Shown: positions 19,163 through 28,962 of the stretch, piece after piece
Position numbering within the stretch: position 1 is the first letter of the stretch
Layout: the number at the start of each line of letters is the position of its first letter
From: Patescibacteria group bacterium
GTDB taxonomy: Bacteria > Patescibacteriota > Patescibacteriia > 2-12-FULL-60-25
Assembly: GCA_018830865.1 (NCBI GenBank)
Contig: JAHJRN010000002.1
Coordinates: forward strand, 6,243-70,242
Direction of reading: 5' to 3'
Length of the DNA stretch: 64,000 nucleotides
Made by a program: the position numbers and the translations under genes
Notes under the pieces: generated by a model
Seen by the model: the letters and a program-made list of their open reading frames with translations, nothing else
Told to the model about the DNA's origin: nothing
Database searches by the model: none

Positions 19163-20326
19163 TTACGCTTTCGACGGCCGCATCGCGCCGCGGATCTTCT
19201 CGACGACGGCGTTCATGTCCGCTATCACGTCTTTCGTTTCCTTCATCATGAAGCTCGCGTGGCTCGGTGTACCGGTCGCGTCGAACGGCCGACCGAGGTC
19301 AATGGCGGAGAACGGCGCGTTCGTGTGGATGGAGATGCGGAGCGGTCCGGGCGATGCCGGTTCCGACGCGAGCAGGATGACCTTCGCTTCCGGAGCATAG
19401 CCGATGAGTTCGTAGACGACATCGTCGAGCGCGTCGTCCGCGGCACCCGTTTCGGCGAGGTCCTGTCTCGTCAGGAGCGACCAGACAAGCCCGCGGTCGC
19501 GGTCGTGTTCGAGGCGCGAGAGACAGCGGCCCCAGAGTTTAAGCGTCGGTACGGAGCGCCGGCGCCAGAGCCCATGGACGATGGCTTCGCGCCGGGCGCC
19601 GAGGGACACGAGCTCCGACGCGGACGTCAACGCTTCCGGCGTGATGTCCGGCGTGCGGAACGAACGCGTCTTCGCGATGACGCCGGCGAGGAGCGCCGTC
19701 GCGATGTCCTCGTCGATATGGCTGCGGTCCCATGCCTGGAACAGGCGGAATAGGATTTCGCCGGTCGCGGCCGCGTTCAGGTCCACGAGATTCACTTGGC
19801 CCCACAGCTCGTTGCCGGGGTCGCGGTCCACGTTCACGACGGTAGTCCGATGCAGGAACGCGGCGTGGTCGCGCATGAGCGGACCGAGCGACGCCATGTC
19901 CGGTGTATCCACGGCCAGCACGAGGTCGTATCGGTCTTCGCCATGCGAGAAGACGAGATCCTTGGCCGTCCACTCGCCTTTCTTGGGCACGAGCGCCATT
20001 TCAAGCTTCCCGTCGCGGACGTCGTACGACAGTTCACCGATGGGCGCGCGACTCACGTCGAGCGTGATGCGGGCGGAGCGCATGGCGCCGACCGAGCCGG
20101 ATACGGCGTCGAGCCCCGGTAGGAATCCCAGCGCTTCAGCCTTGTCGAATCCCGGCACGACCACGTCGAACGCCTTCCCTATCTTCGTGAGGAACAGGGA
20201 ACATGCCGCGACGCTGGCGAGGGCGTCGTGGGATGCATGTTCTCTGGTGACCACGAGGATGCGCTTGGCGCGCTGGAAGTGCTCAATGGCCTGCCGTTGG
20301 GGGGTCAGGGACATAGGGACCGACAT
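19163..20326 (-). CDS. DHH/DHHA1-family phosphoesterase-like protein (NrnA-like architecture, catalytic motifs look degenerate)
   Basis: ILVVTREHASHDALAS, LVLAVDTPD, VVNVDRDPG in place of the DHH motif, DATGTPSHA in place of GGGH. Confidence 0.65.
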   Translation of the reverse strand: MSVPMSLTPQRQAIEHFQRAKRILVVTREHASHDALASVAACSLFLTKIGKAFDVVVPGFDKAEALGFLPGLDAVSGSVGAMRSARITLDVSRAPIGELSYDVRDGKLEMALVPKKGEWTAKDLVFSHGEDRYDLVLAVDTPDMASLGPLMRDHAAFLHRTTVVNVDRDPGNELWGQVNLVDLNAAATGEILFRLFQAWDRSHIDEDIATALLAGVIAKTRSFRTPDITPEALTSASELVSLGARREAIVHGLWRRRSVPTLKLWGRCLSRLEHDRDRGLVWSLLTRQDLAETGAADDALDDVVYELIGYAPEAKVILLASEPASPGPLRISIHTNAPFSAIDLGRPFDATGTPSHASFMMKETKDVIADMNAVVEKIRGAMRPSKA

Positions 20327-20458
20327 TGAGCATGGGACACAAGACCTTACGACGCCACGGGAGATGTGTCAACTGTGCCGGTGCGGTATGTCAATCGGAC
20401 TACGGTACAGTGGAGGGTCCCTCGGATGACCTCGGGAAGCGAATCGATACATATCAAG

Positions 20459-20487
20459 TTGACGCGAAGGCCCTTGAAACGTAGCAT
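20459..20487 (+). promoter_or_regulatory. promoter TTGACG-17-TAGCAT for valS (10 nt to the ATG, no Shine-Dalgarno)
   Basis: TTGACG 20459-20464, TAGCAT 20482-20487. Confidence 0.5.
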
Positions 20488-20497
20488 TTCCGCATCT

Positions 20498-23158
20498 ATG
20501 ACCACCAACCGCGACCTTCCGAAGGCGTACGACGCCGCCTCCGTCGAAGCGGACATCTTTCAGGGATGGGAATCGTCGGGCGCGTTCGATCCGGACCGGC
20601 TTGCGGCGCTCGATGCGCGGTTCGCGGACGCGGAGCCGTATTGCATCGTCCTGCCGCCGCCCAACCGTACGGGTACGTTGCATCTCGGCCACGCCGTGAT
20701 GCTCGCCATCGAGGACCTGCTCATCCGGTTCCATCGGATGTCGGGGAAGAAGACGTATTGGGTCCCGGGCACGGACCATGCCGCCATCTCCACGCAGGTG
20801 AAGGTCGAGCAGATGCTCATCGAGCAGGGGATGAAGGACCCGCGTCGAGAACTCGGCCGTGAGGCGTTCCTCGAGAAGGTCCGCACGTTCGCGCAGTCGT
20901 CCCGCGACACCATCGTGAGCCAGTGCAAGGCCATGGGCGCGTCCATGGACTGGTCGCGGGAGAAGTATACGCTGGACGAGGAGCGGAACGCCGCCGTGAA
21001 CGAGGTGTTCCGCATGATGCATGAGGACGGGCTCATCGAGCGCGGCTTTCGCGTGGTGAACTGGGACCCCGTCTTCAAGACGACGCTGTCCGACGACGAG
21101 GTGGACATGAAGGAGACGACCGCGCGGCTCGTCACGTTCACGTACGACAAGGAGTTTCCGATTCCGGTCGCGACCACACGGCCCGAGACGAAGTTCGGCG
21201 ACACGGCCGTCGCGGTGCATCCGGACGACGAGCGGTACAAGGCCTTTGTCGGTATGACGTTCACGCCGACGTTCTGCGGGAAGAAACTCTCGATTACGGT
21301 CGTCGCGGACGAAGCAGTCGACCCGGAGTTCGGCACGGGCGCGGTCGGCGTCACGCCGGCGCATTCCATGACCGACGCGGACATCGCCGAGCGGCACGGC
21401 CTTCCGACGGTGCAGGTCATCGATCAGGATGCATGCATGATCGTAGATGCAGTCGGTGAAGGGTTCGGCGGCCTCACGACCGTCGAGGCACGCGCGAAGA
21501 TTGAGGAGATGCTCTCCGCGGCCGGTCTGGTCCGGTCCGTCGAGGAGGTCCCACAGAGCCTGCCCATCGGCCAGCGCGGAGGCGCGGTCGTCGAACAGTT
21601 GCCCATGAAGCAATGGTTCGTGCGCGTGAACAAGCCGTTCGCGGTGCGTCAGGACACGCTCGGGACATGGAAGAAGGGCGATACCGCGACGCTGAAGGAG
21701 CTGATGCGGCATGCGGTCGCTTCGAAGCTCATCACGGTCGTTCCGGAACGGTTCGATAAGACGTATTTCCATTGGGTCGACAACCTCCGCGACTGGTGCA
21801 TCTCGCGGCAGATCTGGTTCGGACATCGCATCCCGGTCTGGTACAAGGGCGACGAGACGGCGGTTTCGACGACGTCGCCGGGTAAGGGATGGGAACAGGA
21901 CCTTGACACGCTCGACACGTGGTTCTCGTCTGGGTTGTGGACGTTCTCCACGCTCGGGTGGCCGGACGAGAAGGAATTCGCCAAGAATCGGGCCTATCAT
22001 CCCACGTCCGTGCTCGAGACAGGCCACGACATTCTCTTCTTCTGGATTGCGCGCATGGTGCTCATGTCAACGTACGCGCTCGGCGAGGTGCCGTTCAAGG
22101 ATGTGTATCTCCACGGCCTCGTGTGTGACGAGAAGGGTCGCAAGATGTCGAAGTCGCTCGGCAACGTCATCGATCCGCTCGACATGATCAAGAAGTACGG
22201 GACGGACGCGGTGCGTCTCTCCCTCGTGCTCGGGACCACGCCCGGCCAGGACCAGAAACTGTCTGAGGAGAAAATCGAGGGGTTCCGCAACTTCACGAAC
22301 AAGCTGTGGAACATCTCGCGGTTCATCCTGATGCAGATCGGGGACGAGGGAGGTGCGACGTCCGACACGCCGCCGAAACCCGTTACGCTCGCGGATCGAT
22401 GGATCCTCGCCCGGCTCGGCGAGGTGACGGCGAGCATCACGAAGAAGATCGCGGCATACGAGCTGTCGTCAGCGGGCGAGGAATTGCGCGACTTCACGTG
22501 GGGCGACCTCGCGGACTGGTATCTCGAGATTGCGAAGGTCGAACAGGGGAAGGAAGCCATCCTCACGCATGTGCTCAAGACGGTCCTCGCGCTCTGGCAT
22601 CCGTACATGCCGTTCGTGACGGAAGACATCTGGAAGAAGGCGGGGTTCGAGGGGAGTCTCATCGTCGCGTCGTGGCCGTCTCAAGAAGCAAGAAGCAAGA
22701 AGCAAGAAGTCGGAACGTTTGAAGTCCTTCGAGATGTCGTCACGACGGCACGTCGCCTGCGTGCGGAGAACAGCATCGAGCCGCAGAAAGAGATCAACCT
22801 CGCGATTCATGGCGCGTCGGAATTGAAGGATCAGGCGCAGAATATCGCCGCGCTGTGCCGCGCGTCGACCGTGACGTTCGCGGACGCGATCCCGGAGGGC
22901 TGGGGCTCGCTCTCGACGCAGAAGGGGATGGTCGGCATCGACCTCGCGGACGCCATCGACGTCGAAAAGGAAATGGCAAAACTTTCTAAGGAGATGGAGG
23001 AAGCCGAGGCGTACGTCGCGTCGCTCGAGACGAAGCTCGGCAACGCGGAGTTCACGTCCAAGGCGCCGGTCAAGGTCGTCGAGACCATGAAGACGAACAA
23101 GTCGGAAGCGGAGGCGAAAGTCGCGGCGTTGAAGGAGCGCATCGGAAAGCTTGAGTAG
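20498..23158 (+). CDS. valS: valine--tRNA ligase
   Basis: HIGH (PPPNRTGTLHLGHA), KMSKS (KMSKSLGN), C-terminal coiled coil. Confidence 0.95.
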   Translation: MTTNRDLPKAYDAASVEADIFQGWESSGAFDPDRLAALDARFADAEPYCIVLPPPNRTGTLHLGHAVMLAIEDLLIRFHRMSGKKTYWVPGTDHAAISTQVKVEQMLIEQGMKDPRRELGREAFLEKVRTFAQSSRDTIVSQCKAMGASMDWSREKYTLDEERNAAVNEVFRMMHEDGLIERGFRVVNWDPVFKTTLSDDEVDMKETTARLVTFTYDKEFPIPVATTRPETKFGDTAVAVHPDDERYKAFVGMTFTPTFCGKKLSITVVADEAVDPEFGTGAVGVTPAHSMTDADIAERHGLPTVQVIDQDACMIVDAVGEGFGGLTTVEARAKIEEMLSAAGLVRSVEEVPQSLPIGQRGGAVVEQLPMKQWFVRVNKPFAVRQDTLGTWKKGDTATLKELMRHAVASKLITVVPERFDKTYFHWVDNLRDWCISRQIWFGHRIPVWYKGDETAVSTTSPGKGWEQDLDTLDTWFSSGLWTFSTLGWPDEKEFAKNRAYHPTSVLETGHDILFFWIARMVLMSTYALGEVPFKDVYLHGLVCDEKGRKMSKSLGNVIDPLDMIKKYGTDAVRLSLVLGTTPGQDQKLSEEKIEGFRNFTNKLWNISRFILMQIGDEGGATSDTPPKPVTLADRWILARLGEVTASITKKIAAYELSSAGEELRDFTWGDLADWYLEIAKVEQGKEAILTHVLKTVLALWHPYMPFVTEDIWKKAGFEGSLIVASWPSQEARSKKQEVGTFEVLRDVVTTARRLRAENSIEPQKEINLAIHGASELKDQAQNIAALCRASTVTFADAIPEGWGSLSTQKGMVGIDLADAIDVEKEMAKLSKEMEEAEAYVASLETKLGNAEFTSKAPVKVVETMKTNKSEAEAKVAALKERIGKLE
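22682..22709 (+). repeat. perfect tandem heptanucleotide repeat (caagaag)x4 inside valS
   Basis: caagaagcaagaagcaagaagcaagaag encodes QEARSKKQE. Confidence 0.9.
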
Positions 23159-23248
23159 GTGTGTCGTATCAAAAATAGTTCGGCTTCAACGATTGGCAGA
23201 GATCGCAACATTTGGTATTGACCGATGGTCAGTTATGAGGAGTCGTGA

Positions 23249-23620
23249 ATGAAAGCATTCCTGATTGTTTCTGCGTTGGTTCTTTGCACGATTATTCTAC
23301 TAGTCCTGCGTGTCGTCCCTTGTGGTGGTAGGATTTGCATTCCGCCACCGAAACTGAAAACGTTCTTCGGATGCGTCGTGGGTTCAGGGTCTAAAGCGTT
23401 CAAACGCCCTGTAAGTAAGGCGTATGCTATCAGGGCGTCAACGTTATCTGAAGCCATATATATAGCTTTGGAATTGTATAAAGCCTTGGAATTGTATCGA
23501 CAACATCCCCTCGACGCGCAACCCTCGTTTCTAAAGCCTCGTACCGATCCAACTGCAAATTGCTGGGAATGCGCTAAGAGTGGTCTTGATAAGACGGCCG
23601 AGGATATCTGCTTCAGGTGA
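23249..23620 (+). CDS. small secreted/membrane Cys-containing protein, paralogue 1 (C-terminal NCWEC...C motif)
   Basis: GAGGAG Shine-Dalgarno, hydrophobic N-terminus MKAFLIVSALVLCTIILLVL, low G+C, aligns with 23775..24095. Confidence 0.6.
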   Translation: MKAFLIVSALVLCTIILLVLRVVPCGGRICIPPPKLKTFFGCVVGSGSKAFKRPVSKAYAIRASTLSEAIYIALELYKALELYRQHPLDAQPSFLKPRTDPTANCWECAKSGLDKTAEDICFR

Positions 23621-23716
23621 TAGAGCGTCCCAGTATCATCTCCTCCCTATCGGGGTCGTGCCAGTGCACAGCCCCTTTTTTGTTCATTGGGATGAAATTA
23701 CGAAGATGCTCTAGGC

Positions 23717-23745
23717 TTGACATATGGTGTCGATTCTGATACTTT
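23717..23745 (+). promoter_or_regulatory. promoter TTGACA-17-TACTTT with TGn extension, for paralogue 2
   Basis: TTGACAtatggtgtcgattcTGaTACTTT. Confidence 0.5.
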
Positions 23746-23774
23746 TGACGTACCGAAAGGTAGAAGGAGGAGAG

Positions 23775-24095
23775 ATGAAGGCTCTCGCAATTACGTTGGT
23801 TCTTTCCGCATGTTTCCTCGTAGGGTGTAAGGACAAACCAACACCCGCTCCAACGCCTCGCCCGGACATCCCTGAGACGATGTGGGGATGTAGCGCATCC
23901 CGTACGAAAGGGCTTATTCTAAAGAAGAAGACGGGCGGGTACTATTCCGGAACCGCCGCGACCCAAGCCGAGGCCAGGGCAATTGCGCGTCAGATGCTCC
24001 TGGACGAGCTTCCCGGCAAAGAGCCGGATGTCAATTGCTGGGATTGCTCCAGGGAGGATTTGGATGCCGTTGCGCGGGAAGTCTGCGATAATTGA
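23775..24095 (+). CDS. small lipoprotein-like Cys-containing protein, paralogue 2 (C-terminal NCWDC...C motif)
   Basis: AGGAGGAG Shine-Dalgarno, MKALAITLVLSACFLVGC lipobox-like signal peptide. Confidence 0.6.
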   Translation: MKALAITLVLSACFLVGCKDKPTPAPTPRPDIPETMWGCSASRTKGLILKKKTGGYYSGTAATQAEARAIARQMLLDELPGKEPDVNCWDCSREDLDAVAREVCDN

Positions 24096-24181
24096 ATCCT
24101 GACCGGCACGTGGCCTCGTTTTTCTGAACGGGGCTTTTTTGTTGTCTTTTTCCGACATTCCGGGTACGATAAGCTTCGAAT

Positions 24182-25393
24182 ATGGCCAAAAAATCGACGG
24201 TCTCGACGGACCAGAAGGCGATTCGGATGTTCCTCACGCGCGGGGTGGAGAACGTGTATCCGACGCCAGAGGCGTTAGAGAAACGGCTGAAGGGCGGGAA
24301 GCCCCTTACGGCGTATCTCGGCATCGACCCGACCGGACCGTCGTTGCATATCGGGCATGCCATCTCGATGCGGAAGCTCGCGGAACTGCAGAAGCTCGGG
24401 CACAAGGCCGTCCTGCTCATCGGCGACTTCACGGCCAGGATCGGCGACCCCACGGACAAATTCGCGACGCGCAAAAAGCTGACACGCGAGCAGGTCCTCC
24501 TGAACTGCAAGGGTTACCGTAAGCAGGCCTCGAAGATTCTCGACTTCGACGGGTCGAATCCCGTGGAGATGCGGTTCAACAGCGACTGGCTCGACGCGAT
24601 GACGTTCAGCGACGTCGTGGAGCTTGCGTCGCATTTCACGGTCCAACAGATGGCGGAGCGCGACATGTTCGAGACGCGCATGAAGGAAGGGAAGCCGGTC
24701 TATCTCCATGAATTCCTGTATCCGCTGATGCAGGGCTACGATTCGGTCGCGATGGACGTGGATCTTGAAATCGGCGGCAACGATCAGACATTCAATATGC
24801 TCGCGGGCCGCACGCTCATGAAGGAGGTGAAAGGTAAGGAGAAGTTCGTGCTCGCGAATCGTCTGCTGACCGATCCGACCGGCAGGAAGATGGGGAAGAC
24901 CGAGGGAAACATGATCACGCTCGTCGACGCGCCGGAGGACATGTTCGGGAAGGTCATGAGCTGGACGGATGGCATGATCATCCCGGGGTTTGAGCTGTGC
25001 ACGGACGTGCCGATGAAGGAGATCCAGGGCATCGAGGCGTCTATCGCAGGAGGTGAGAATCCGGTCGCGTACAAGCGGCGCCTCGCGGCGGAGGTCGTGA
25101 CGATGTTCATTGGCGAGGCCGCGGCGGAGAAGGCGGCTGAGCATTTCACGAAGGTTCATACCGCGCATGAGGCGCCGGAGGAGATGCCGACGTTGAAGGT
25201 CGGTGCCCGCAGCTCATCGCTTCTGGAAGTGCTGGTCCAGGCGGACCTTGTCGCTTCGAAATCTGAAGCCCGTCGGCAGATCATGCAGGGCGGCGTGAAG
25301 GTCGACGGGAAGGTCGTGAAGGACGTCGAGGCGACGGTGAAGTCGCCCGCGGTCGTGCAGAAGGGGAAGCGGTTTTTCGTGAGGCTGATCTAA
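24182..25393 (+). CDS. tyrS: tyrosine--tRNA ligase
   Basis: GIDPTGPSLHIGHA, KMGKTEGN, C-terminal S4-like domain. Confidence 0.95.
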   Translation: MAKKSTVSTDQKAIRMFLTRGVENVYPTPEALEKRLKGGKPLTAYLGIDPTGPSLHIGHAISMRKLAELQKLGHKAVLLIGDFTARIGDPTDKFATRKKLTREQVLLNCKGYRKQASKILDFDGSNPVEMRFNSDWLDAMTFSDVVELASHFTVQQMAERDMFETRMKEGKPVYLHEFLYPLMQGYDSVAMDVDLEIGGNDQTFNMLAGRTLMKEVKGKEKFVLANRLLTDPTGRKMGKTEGNMITLVDAPEDMFGKVMSWTDGMIIPGFELCTDVPMKEIQGIEASIAGGENPVAYKRRLAAEVVTMFIGEAAAEKAAEHFTKVHTAHEAPEEMPTLKVGARSSSLLEVLVQADLVASKSEARRQIMQGGVKVDGKVVKDVEATVKSPAVVQKGKRFFVRLI

Positions 25394-25396
25394 CGA

Positions 25397-25466
25397 TGTC
25401 ATCCTGAGGCTCCCGCGAAGGACCTTCAGAATATTGGGAAGATTCTTCGTCGGACTCAGAATGACA
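25397..25466. repeat. 70-bp palindromic element (tgtcatcctgag ... ctcagaatgaca), copy 1
   Basis: about 64/70 identical to 56359..56428; arms cgaaggaccttc / gaagattcttcg. Confidence 0.85.
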
Positions 25467-25474
25467 GTATTTCT

Positions 25475-27322
25475 ATGACTTACGCCTGGGACGCCATCAA
25501 GACGCATATCGCACGCATCATCGGCGAGGCCGCGGGGTTCGACGTGATGCCGGGAGACCTCGCGCCTCCGCCCACGCCGGATCTGGGAGACCTTGCGTAC
25601 CCCTGTTTCGGCATCTCGAAGGTCTCGCGGAAGAGTCCGGCTGACGTGGCCAAAAGTCTCGCGAAGAAGATTAAGACCGGAACGGACGGTATCGCGTCCG
25701 TGAGCGCGGCCGGTCCGTACCTCAATGTCACGCTTGAGGGCGCGGAGCTCGTCGGCCGCGTTATCAAGGATGTCGAGTGCATGAAGGCGTCGTACGGCAA
25801 GACCGACAGCGGCAAGGGCAAGCAACTCATGCTCGAGTACGCCCAGCCGAACACACACAAGGAGATCCATGTCGGTCACCTCCGCAACCTCGTGCTCGGT
25901 GCGTCGCTCGCCCGCATCATTCAGGCGAACGGGTGGGACGTCGTGACGTCGAGCTACCACGGCGATATCGGCGCACACGTCGCCAAGTGTCTGTGGCTGT
26001 TCGTTCGTCGCGGGTCCTCCGACGTGAAGCGGCCCGTGCCGAAACGTAAAAAGGGCGAGACGTCGGCCACGCCGTTGTCCGACGAGGCGTGGGCGGACCA
26101 TCTCATTTTGGATCTCACGACCGATGCAGTCGAGGCCATGCTGAAGGCCGTCCCGAAATCGGAGCGTAACGGCAAGCATCTCGGGGAGCTGTATGCGGAA
26201 GCGACGAAGCTTCTTGAAGAGAATCCTGACTGGAAGACCCAGGTTTCGGACGTGCAGCGTCGCCTTGAAGGTAAGGATACCGCTTGGACGAAACTCTGGC
26301 GTGAGACGCGGCGCTGGTCCCTGCAGGAGATGGAAGCGATTTTCGAAGACATCGGTGTCGCCATCGACCGCCAATACCTCGAGAGCGAGATGGTCGAGGC
26401 CGGTCTCAAGGTCGTCGGTGAGCTGTTGAAGACAGGTATCGCGAAGGAGAGCGAAGGGGCGATCATCGTCGACCTTACGGACGAGGGCTTGGACATCTTC
26501 CTTATCCGCAAGTCGGACGGGACCACGCTCTACGCCACGAAGGATCTCGCGCTCGCGAAAGTGAAGTTCAAGGATTATCCGAAGCTCGCACGGAACCTGA
26601 TTGTCGTCGACAATCGGCAGTCCCTGTATTTCCGTCAGCTGTTCGCCACGCTCCGGCGTATGGGCTTCGACAAGCCGATGGAACATATCGGCTACGAGTT
26701 CGTGACGCTGAAGGGTGGGAGTATGTCGAGCCGGAGCGGTAATGTGGTGACATGGCCTTCGTTCCGTGAGGAGATATTAGCGTTCGCGACGGCCGAGACT
26801 TCGCAGCGGCATCTGGACTGGAACCAGGGCAGGGTCACTCACACGGCCTGGTGCCTCCTGATGGGCGGCATGAAGTTCGGAATGCTGAAGCAGGACGGCG
26901 ATAAGGCCATCGTGTTCGACATGGAGAAAGCGCTCTCGTTCGACGGGGCGACCGGGCCGTATATCCAGTATGCGACGACGCGGCTCGGGTCCATCCTCAT
27001 GAAGGCGAACTGGGAGGCTGGGAGGGGGATGAAGGTCGGTGATCTCGACGCGTTGGAGCACCCGGCGGAGAAGCGCCTCGCGCTCGCCATCGCCACGTTC
27101 CCGCGAGCCGCGAAACGCGCCGCGGACGAGCTGCGGCCGTCCGTCCTCGCACAGTGGTGCCTCGACATGGCGACGCGTTCGAACGAATTCTACCGCGACG
27201 TGCCCGTTATCGACGCGCCCCTCGGCGTGAAGCAGGCCCGTCTCCGGCTCGTCGCGTCCGCCCGCACCGCGCTCATCCTCGGCTTGACCCTCCTCGGCAT
27301 TCCCATTCCCGAAGAGATGTAG
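25475..27322 (+). CDS. argS: arginine--tRNA ligase
   Basis: HVGHLRN (HIGH), MSSRSGN (KMSKS-like), DALR-type C-terminus. Confidence 0.95.
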   Translation: MTYAWDAIKTHIARIIGEAAGFDVMPGDLAPPPTPDLGDLAYPCFGISKVSRKSPADVAKSLAKKIKTGTDGIASVSAAGPYLNVTLEGAELVGRVIKDVECMKASYGKTDSGKGKQLMLEYAQPNTHKEIHVGHLRNLVLGASLARIIQANGWDVVTSSYHGDIGAHVAKCLWLFVRRGSSDVKRPVPKRKKGETSATPLSDEAWADHLILDLTTDAVEAMLKAVPKSERNGKHLGELYAEATKLLEENPDWKTQVSDVQRRLEGKDTAWTKLWRETRRWSLQEMEAIFEDIGVAIDRQYLESEMVEAGLKVVGELLKTGIAKESEGAIIVDLTDEGLDIFLIRKSDGTTLYATKDLALAKVKFKDYPKLARNLIVVDNRQSLYFRQLFATLRRMGFDKPMEHIGYEFVTLKGGSMSSRSGNVVTWPSFREEILAFATAETSQRHLDWNQGRVTHTAWCLLMGGMKFGMLKQDGDKAIVFDMEKALSFDGATGPYIQYATTRLGSILMKANWEAGRGMKVGDLDALEHPAEKRLALAIATFPRAAKRAADELRPSVLAQWCLDMATRSNEFYRDVPVIDAPLGVKQARLRLVASARTALILGLTLLGIPIPEEM

Positions 27323-27346
27323 CTCCGTCAGACGGGGTTTTCCCTC

Positions 27347-28921
27347 ATGCACCTCCTGACTTCCGACCTCACCCCCTCCATCGGCATCGCGGCCGCGGTG
27401 TTCGGCCTTGGTGTCCTCGCCTGGTGGCGGAACCGATGGGCACGCGGCAGCGTCGTCTTCGCGCTCATCGCCATGACGCTCTCGCTCTGGACGTCGGTGG
27501 ACTGGTTCCAGGAGATGCGCGCCACGGCCCTGCCGACGCAGGTCACGATCTGGCGCGTCCTGTTTTACCTGTCCGCGTGCTTCGCGCCTGCGCTCGCGCT
27601 CCATGCGTCCGTAATCCTCGGATCCCGTCCGTTCCGCCTCAAGACCTTCCTGACCTACCTCATCTCGCTCGCGCTGTTCTTCCTCATCGATTCCGCGTTC
27701 CTCTTCCGCGCGACCTACCCGTCGGCCGCCCTCGGCTATGCGCTGCTCGATATCGGTGTCATCGCGGCCGTGGTCTTCCATATCGGCGCCTTCCTGACGG
27801 TCACGGCTCGTCTCCTGCCGGGGTCCTACGACGAATCCTCCCCGCGCGAGACGCGCCGCCGCCTGACATACGGGTTCGTCCTCCTCGCGCTCTTCCTCAT
27901 CGGCGGACTCACGCAGTTCATGACAGGGCCGCTTTCGAGCGGCACGGCCGTCACGCTCGTCGCGGGCGCCTTCGTCGTGGTCTCGTCCATGGCCTTCATC
28001 CGCGTACGCCTGTTCGACATCGAGATCTCCGAGCTCGAGGTCTTCCTCCTCCTCCTCGTCGCGGGCGCCACGGTCGTGGTCCTGCAGGCACATACCCCGT
28101 TCGACGCCCTTCTCTCGTTCGTCGGCGCCGTCGCAATGGGCGCCTTCGGTGTCATGGCCATCCACGTGGTACGCCGCGAAGCCACCCGCCGACGCGCGGT
28201 CGAGCGGATGAATTGCGCTCTCGTCTCCATCGACGAGGAAAAGACCGATTTCGTGAACATGATGGCGCATCAGCTGCGTGGCCCTCTCGGCGGCATCCGC
28301 TTCTCGTCCGACATGCTCGTTCGCGGGGATTACGGTCCGCTTCCGGAGGCGGCCCGCGACGTCGTTCGGCTCATCGAGAACGGCGCGGATCGCCTCCTGT
28401 CCCTCTCGGAGACGGCCCTGAACGCGGCGAGATTCGAAGCGGGCGTGTTCCGTTCGGTGCGGACCGTCGTGGATCCCGCGTCGGAGATCCGGACGCTGTT
28501 GGGGGAAGTCCGTCCGTTCGCGAAAGCCAAGGGCGTCGCACTCGAGGCGTGCTTCACGGATATCCCGGAGCGGCTCGATATCGACGTCGAGATCCTCCGC
28601 AACGTCACGTTCAACCTCGTGGACAACGCCATCAAATACACGGATGCGGGCCGCGTCTCCGTGGACGTCTCGTATCGTGACAGCCGGCTCGTCGTCGTGG
28701 TCTCGGACACGGGAGCTGGTCTCTCGTCCGAGGACATCGAGGGGCTCTTCAAGCGGTTCCATCGCGCAGGCGACATGAGACGGCAGGGCGTGGGCCTTGG
28801 CCTGTTCGTGGTGAAGAAGCTGCTCGATGCGGCGAAAGGGACGATATCGGTCGAGAGCCCGGGGCGCGGAGAGGGGAGCGTGTTCACGGCGAATATCCCC
28901 TGCGCGCAAGTTGACGGGTAG
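27347..28921 (+). CDS. sensor histidine kinase with a polytopic N-terminal membrane domain
   Basis: H box MMAHQLRGPL, N box NLVDNAIKYT, G boxes SDTGAGL / GVGLGLF. Confidence 0.85.
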   Translation: MHLLTSDLTPSIGIAAAVFGLGVLAWWRNRWARGSVVFALIAMTLSLWTSVDWFQEMRATALPTQVTIWRVLFYLSACFAPALALHASVILGSRPFRLKTFLTYLISLALFFLIDSAFLFRATYPSAALGYALLDIGVIAAVVFHIGAFLTVTARLLPGSYDESSPRETRRRLTYGFVLLALFLIGGLTQFMTGPLSSGTAVTLVAGAFVVVSSMAFIRVRLFDIEISELEVFLLLLVAGATVVVLQAHTPFDALLSFVGAVAMGAFGVMAIHVVRREATRRRAVERMNCALVSIDEEKTDFVNMMAHQLRGPLGGIRFSSDMLVRGDYGPLPEAARDVVRLIENGADRLLSLSETALNAARFEAGVFRSVRTVVDPASEIRTLLGEVRPFAKAKGVALEACFTDIPERLDIDVEILRNVTFNLVDNAIKYTDAGRVSVDVSYRDSRLVVVVSDTGAGLSSEDIEGLFKRFHRAGDMRRQGVGLGLFVVKKLLDAAKGTISVESPGRGEGSVFTANIPCAQVDG

Positions 28922-28962
28922 TCGACGCGGCACGTAAGGTTTTATCGATTGATGCCTTCCCT

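Noticed and set aside
20327-20497. T-box or other riboswitch leaders upstream of valS, tyrS (24096..24181) and argS (25394..25474).
   Set aside because: The spacers are short (80-170 nt) and are occupied by promoters or by the palindromic repeat. No specifier-loop or T-box consensus was seen.
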